Source of the DNA: an uncultured Mycoplasmatota bacterium
Lineage (GTDB): Bacteria; Bacillota_I; Bacilli_A; RF39; UBA660
Direction: 5' to 3'
DNA: 64,000 nt
Assembly (NCBI GenBank): GCA_948467605.1
Contig: CAOKET010000003.1
Coordinates: 9,230-73,229, forward strand
Made by a program: the position numbers and the translations under genes. Positions 59,620-64,000 of this stretch are shown piece by piece; position 1 is the first letter of the stretch, and each line of letters opens with the position of its first letter. The notes under the pieces were generated by a model. The model ran no database searches and was not told the origin of the DNA. It saw only the letters and a list, made by a program, of their open reading frames with translations.

Positions 59620-60042
59620 ATGAAAAAAAATAAAATAATAGAAAAAGGGACAAGCACATTTAAAGAATTTAAACAATTTATCTCAAAAGGAAATGTAATT
59701 GATTTAGCAGTTGGGGTAATTATAGGACAAGCATTCGGTAAAATAGTAACATCTTTAGTAAATGATATATTAATGCCTTTAATTGGTATTGTAAGTGGTG
59801 GACTTGACTTTTCAGGCCTTAGTTATAAAATAAAAGATGTACCTATTATGTATGGAACATTTATACAAAATATAGTTGACTTTCTAATAGTATCTGCTTG
59901 TATATTTATATTTGTTAAATTAATTTCTAAACTAAATAAAAAAGAAGAAAAAAAAGAAGAGAAGAAAAAAGATGAGCAAGTAGTATTATTAGAAGAAATT
60001 AGAGATTTACTTAAGAAAAAATCTAATGTAAAGTCTAAATAG
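59620..60042 (+). CDS. mscL: Large-conductance mechanosensitive channel
   Basis: ...[43 protein letters not shown].... The start was taken at ATG 59620 after the RBS GGAGG; the ORF-track start at 59608 overlaps the RBS. Confidence 0.85.
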   Translation: MKKNKIIEKGTSTFKEFKQFISKGNVIDLAVGVIIGQAFGKIVTSLVNDILMPLIGIVSGGLDFSGLSYKIKDVPIMYGTFIQNIVDFLIVSACIFIFVKLISKLNKKEEKKEEKKKDEQVVLLEEIRDLLKKKSNVKSK

Positions 60043-60094
60043 TAATATTTACTTGTATAAAAAAATATGTTATTATAGCAATATAAAAGCAATT

Positions 60095-60295
60095 ATGAAA
60101 GAGTAGTAATCTAATTTAATTTTATTAAAGAGAAAAAAACCTTGGCTGGAAGTTTTTATAAAATGTTAGATGAATTCACTTTCTAGTTCTATAGACAAAA
60201 TCTATAGCGGTTATCTTACGTTATAAAGATTAAAGTTAAAAGAAAGGTGGTACCGCGATTAATCTCGCCCTTTTAGTACCATCTTTTTTTGTATA
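60095..60295 (+). ncRNA. T-box riboswitch leader of pheST (Phe UUC specifier)
   Basis: The T-box AAAGAAAGGTGGTACCGCG is at 60238-60257. The terminator GGTGGTAC...GTACCATC plus T7 runs to about 60290. A specifier candidate is the UUC-A in gatgaattcac. Confidence 0.8.
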
Positions 60296-60308
60296 TAGGA
60301 GGATAAAA

Positions 60309-61355
60309 ATGATAGAGAAAATGAATGAACTTAAAAGTAAATTGAATGAAGAAATAAAAAATATTTCATCAACTCGTGAATTAGAAGATTTAAGAGTCAA
60401 ATATTTTGGCAAAAAAGGTTATGTTACTGAAATATCATCACATATGAAAGATCTTTCTAATGATGAAAAACGTGAATTTGGAATGCAGTTAAATTCATTA
60501 AGAAATGATTTAGAAGTATTATTCTATGAAAAGAAAAATATTTTAATAGATAAAGAATTAAGAGAAACTCTAGAAAAAGAAAAAATAGATATAACTTTAC
60601 CAGCAGATAATAATGATGTTGGGACTCTTCATCCACTAACACGTATTACAAATGAAATAGAAGAGTTATTTGTATCTATGGGATATGATGTAGTATCAGG
60701 CCCTGAAATTGAAAGAGATTTATATAACTTTGAGTTACTTAATCTACCTAAGGGACATCCAGCAAGAGATGCTCAGGACAGTTTCTATATAACAGAAGAA
60801 ATGCTACTTAGAACACATACATCACCAGTACAAGCAAGAACTATGATTGCAAATCAAGAAAAAACACCAATTAGAATAATATGCCCAGGAGCAGTTTATA
60901 GAAGGGATGAAGATGATAGAACCCATTCACATAAATTCCACCAAATAGAAGGTTTAGTAATAGATGAAAATATATCAATGTCTGATTTAAAAGGTACACT
61001 AGAACTTGCTATGAAACATTTATTTGGCGAAGAAAGAGAACTTAGATTTCGCCCATCATTTTTCCCATTTACAGAACCATCTGTAGAAGTAGATGTATCT
61101 TGTTTTAAATGTGGTGGAGAAGGATGCGCAATATGTAAAGGTACAGGATGGATTGAAATATTAGGTAGTGGATTAGTTCATCCTAACGTATTAAAAAACT
61201 GTGGTTATGATCCAAAAAAATATTCTGGCTTTGCATTCGGATTTGGACCAGAGAGAATAGCAATGTTAAAATATGGAATTTCTGATATAAGAAGTTTTTA
61301 TACTAACGATTTAAGATTCTTAAATACTTTTAATAGAATGGATGGTGAAAATTAA
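60309..61355 (+). CDS. pheS: Phenylalanyl-tRNA synthetase alpha subunit
   Basis: Class II motifs ...[12 protein letters not shown]... and ...[14 protein letters not shown].... Length 348 aa. Confidence 0.95.
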   Translation: MIEKMNELKSKLNEEIKNISSTRELEDLRVKYFGKKGYVTEISSHMKDLSNDEKREFGMQLNSLRNDLEVLFYEKKNILIDKELRETLEKEKIDITLPADNNDVGTLHPLTRITNEIEELFVSMGYDVVSGPEIERDLYNFELLNLPKGHPARDAQDSFYITEEMLLRTHTSPVQARTMIANQEKTPIRIICPGAVYRRDEDDRTHSHKFHQIEGLVIDENISMSDLKGTLELAMKHLFGEERELRFRPSFFPFTEPSVEVDVSCFKCGGEGCAICKGTGWIEILGSGLVHPNVLKNCGYDPKKYSGFAFGFGPERIAMLKYGISDIRSFYTNDLRFLNTFNRMDGEN

Positions 61356-63724
61356 TGAGAGTAAGTACAAAATTTTTATCTGATTATATAGATGTATCAG
61401 ATATTGATTATAATGATTTAGCAAATAGATTAGCACTAATTGGTAATGAAGTCGAAAGCGTAGAGAAAATAACTACTGCAACATCTTTAGTAGTAGGTAA
61501 AGTATTAGAATGTAAACCAATACCAGATAGTGATCATTTACATGTATGTAAAGTAGATATTGGTAGTGAGACAAAACAAATAGTATGTGGCGCTCCAAAT
61601 GTAAAAGAAGGAATAAACGTAATAGTAGCAAAAGTAGGTGCTACACTTCCAGGTGGTACAATTAAAGAAACTACAATTAGAGGAATTGAATCAAGTGGAA
61701 TGTTATGTTCACTAGAAGAATTAGGGATAGAATCAAAATATGTACCAGAACGTTCTAAAGGTGGAATACATATATTAGAAAGCGATGCAAAAGTAGGAGA
61801 AGATGTAGTTAAATACTTAGAATATGATGATACAGTTATTGACTTAGAACTTACATCAAATAGAAGTGATTTATTAAATATAATAGGTGTTGCATATGAA
61901 GTAGGTGCAATGTTAGATAAAAAAATAAAGTTAGTTGACCAAACTATAAAACTAGATGGAACCGAGATAAATGATAATCTAGAACTTATTGTAGATACAC
62001 ATAACTGCTCTTTATTTCTAGCAGGAATGGTAAAAAATGTAAGCATTAAAGAAAGTCCAAATTTTATTAAAGCAAGATTAATGGCATCAGGTATAAGACC
62101 AATAAATAATGTAGTTGATATTAGCAATTATGTCATGATTGAATATGGTCAGCCACTACATTTTTACGACTATAAAAAATTAGGTGGAAAAATACAGGTA
62201 AGAATGGCTACAGATAACGAAAAACTTACTACATTAGATGGAATAGATAGAACATTAAAAGAAACTGATATAGTTATAACAAATGGAGTTAATGCAGTAG
62301 GACTTGCTGGTGTTATGGGTGGGTTATCTACAGAAGTTGATGATGATACTTGTGATATAGTTATAGAAGCAGCAATATTTAATCCAATGTCAATAAGAAA
62401 TACATCAAAAAATATACTAAAAAGTGAAGCAAGTACTAGATTTGAAAGAGGACTAGATCCAAATAGAACTTACATGGCAATATCAAGAGCACTTGAATTA
62501 CTTAAAAAGTATGCTTATGGAACAATAGTTGATGGAATATTAGTTCACGATAACAGCATAAAAGAACCAAAAGTAATAAATATTACAAAGACAAAAATAT
62601 GTACATCTTTAGGAATAGAATTAACTAATGAAGATATATTAGATGTATTTAGAAGATTAGAATTTAAAGTTACTAAAGAAGAAGATACATTTACAGTAAC
62701 TGTACCAACAAGAAGAATGGATATATCAATTGAAGAAGATTTAATTGAAGAAGTAGGGCGTATTTATGGATATGAAAAAATGAATGGAACCCTAGCAACT
62801 GGAGTTATAAAACCAGGAAAATACGATTCAATGTATAAATATATTAAAAACTTAAAAACAAGATTAACATCAATTGGATTATCAGAAGTAATTACATATT
62901 CACTAGTAAATAAAAATACTATATCTATGTTTACTAATGATAAAAAAGATTTAATTACTATACTAGATCCAATGAGTGAAGAACATACAACAATGAGATA
63001 TAGTATACTTCCATCTTTATTAGAAGTAGTTGATTATAATCTAGCACGTAATAATAAAAATATAAATATATTTGAAATTGGAAAAAGATACTATAAAGAA
63101 GATAGTAACTACAAAGAAGAATATTTATTAAGTGTAGCAATGCTAGGTAGTAATGATATAAGTAATATAAAAAATCAAAGATTAAATATAGATTTTTATA
63201 CAATAAAAGGCAAATTAGAAAATATATTGAACTACTTAGGATTTAATGGAAGATATTCTTATGATACTAATGAAATACCTAAAGAATTTCATCCATATCA
63301 AAGTGCAAGAATACTTGTAGATAATAATTTTATAGGATACATAGGTTTAATTAACCCAAGTATAAATAAAAACAAAATATATATGTTTGAAATCAATCTT
63401 GAGGTATTAAAATCACTTAAAGTAAGAGGAATTAAAGCAAAAGAAGTATCTAAATATCCATCAATAAGTAAAGATATGGCATTTATATTAGACAAAAATG
63501 TACCAGCAGGAGACATTATTAAAGAAATTAAAAAACAAGGCGGAAAAAATGTAAGCGCATCAGTATTTGATTTATATGATATGGGAGATAAAAAATCACT
63601 AGCATTTAACCTTATATTCCAAGATGATACAAAAACATTATTAGAAGAAGATGTAATGATTACATTTAATAAAATAATAGATACTGTTGTAAATAAGTTT
63701 AACGCAGAACTTAGAAATAAATAA
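61355..63724 (+). CDS. pheT: Phenylalanyl-tRNA synthetase beta subunit
   Basis: 789 aa, with tRNA-binding, B3/4, B5 and FDX-ACB domains. It overlaps the pheS stop. Confidence 0.95.
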   Translation: MRVSTKFLSDYIDVSDIDYNDLANRLALIGNEVESVEKITTATSLVVGKVLECKPIPDSDHLHVCKVDIGSETKQIVCGAPNVKEGINVIVAKVGATLPGGTIKETTIRGIESSGMLCSLEELGIESKYVPERSKGGIHILESDAKVGEDVVKYLEYDDTVIDLELTSNRSDLLNIIGVAYEVGAMLDKKIKLVDQTIKLDGTEINDNLELIVDTHNCSLFLAGMVKNVSIKESPNFIKARLMASGIRPINNVVDISNYVMIEYGQPLHFYDYKKLGGKIQVRMATDNEKLTTLDGIDRTLKETDIVITNGVNAVGLAGVMGGLSTEVDDDTCDIVIEAAIFNPMSIRNTSKNILKSEASTRFERGLDPNRTYMAISRALELLKKYAYGTIVDGILVHDNSIKEPKVINITKTKICTSLGIELTNEDILDVFRRLEFKVTKEEDTFTVTVPTRRMDISIEEDLIEEVGRIYGYEKMNGTLATGVIKPGKYDSMYKYIKNLKTRLTSIGLSEVITYSLVNKNTISMFTNDKKDLITILDPMSEEHTTMRYSILPSLLEVVDYNLARNNKNINIFEIGKRYYKEDSNYKEEYLLSVAMLGSNDISNIKNQRLNIDFYTIKGKLENILNYLGFNGRYSYDTNEIPKEFHPYQSARILVDNNFIGYIGLINPSINKNKIYMFEINLEVLKSLKVRGIKAKEVSKYPSISKDMAFILDKNVPAGDIIKEIKKQGGKNVSASVFDLYDMGDKKSLAFNLIFQDDTKTLLEEDVMITFNKIIDTVVNKFNAELRNK

Positions 63725-63732
63725 GTGTTAAG

Positions 63733-63766
63733 AGATACAAAATAATTGATTTGTATCTTTTTTTTA
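63733..63766 (+). terminator. Rho-independent terminator after pheT
   Basis: AGATACAAA...TTTGTATCT followed by T8. Confidence 0.6.
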
Positions 63767-63814
63767 AAGGAAAAAAGAAAAATACTCCGAATAATAATAA
63801 TGGAGGTGTTTTAA

Positions 63815-64000
63815 ATTATAAAGGAAAAAACTGAACTAATACCAGGAACATATGATTTTATGTTTAAAGCGATAATGTTAGATAATGCTAATAAAGATTA
63901 TCTAATAGGAATAATATCAAATGTAACGGGTATTAAAAAAGAAGATTTAAATGATATTAAAGTACAAAATGTAGAACATATAGTAGATAATAAAAAAGAT
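63815..64000 (+). CDS. Rpn/YhgA-like PD-(D/E)xK nuclease family putative transposase (5' partial at the window edge); non-ATG start (ATT or ATA) implied
   Basis: The frame opens right after a TAA at 63812-14, 6 nt downstream of the RBS GGAGGTG. The translation ...KEKTELIPGTYDFMFKAIMLDNANKDYLIGIISNVTGIK... matches the N-terminus of clostridial Rpn-family proteins. The first ATG is 16 codons downstream. Confidence 0.4.
   Translation, partial: MIKEKTELIPGTYDFMFKAIMLDNANKDYLIGIISNVTGIKKEDLNDIKVQNVEHIVDNKKD

Overview
This 64 kb window is very AT-rich chromosomal DNA from a low-GC Firmicute that looks Clostridium-like. Supporting signs are the gatCAB-aspS operon behind a T-box, spore-coat CotF-like genes, and a cell-division (dcw) cluster that starts at mraZ. 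Almost all real genes are on the + strand; the many antisense ORFs in the track are AT-rich artefacts. The housekeeping backbone is: ABC-F ATPase (partial), ogg, capA-like, rlmD, ispD, a metallophosphoesterase, a Nudix hydrolase, a DD-carboxypeptidase, queA, tgt, T-box-gatC-gatA-gatB-aspS, tmcAL, yceD-rpmF, mraZ-rsmH-ftsL-pbp, cdsA-rseP, priA, mscL, and T-box-pheS-pheT. Several accessory insertions sit between these genes.
(1) A 4.5 kb island lies between rlmD and ispD. A 28-31 bp direct repeat of the rlmD 3' end flanks its first 1.2 kb, an integration-scar signature with no integrase present. The island holds three mosaic ORF6N-domain fusion genes and two GNAT genes. The last two ORF6N genes form a ~1.1 kb tandem unit whose leader and 3' halves are near-identical but whose DNA-binding modules differ.
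(2) A 1227-aa helicase with a Vsr/DUF559-like nuclease domain, resembling the Hhe defence protein, sits directly behind priA.
(3) A variable region from about 39 to 59.6 kb contains two GNAT genes, an AraC/GyrI-like regulator, an ABC exporter, a DUF488 protein, a candidate type I toxin-antitoxin module (25-aa hydrophobic peptide convergent with a promoter-to-terminator sRNA), and an orphan NPPF methyltransferase. It also contains an NrtR-like Nudix regulator with two matching palindromic operators in front of an NRK-like kinase and an NT5C-like nucleotidase, a pepF pseudogene, a transglutaminase-like protease gene, and two tandem paralogous repeat proteins.
No rRNA, tRNA or CRISPR array was seen. 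Apart from a partial Rpn-like PD-(D/E)xK gene at the 3' edge, no integrase or transposase is present. All calls are from reading the sequence; none was checked against a database.
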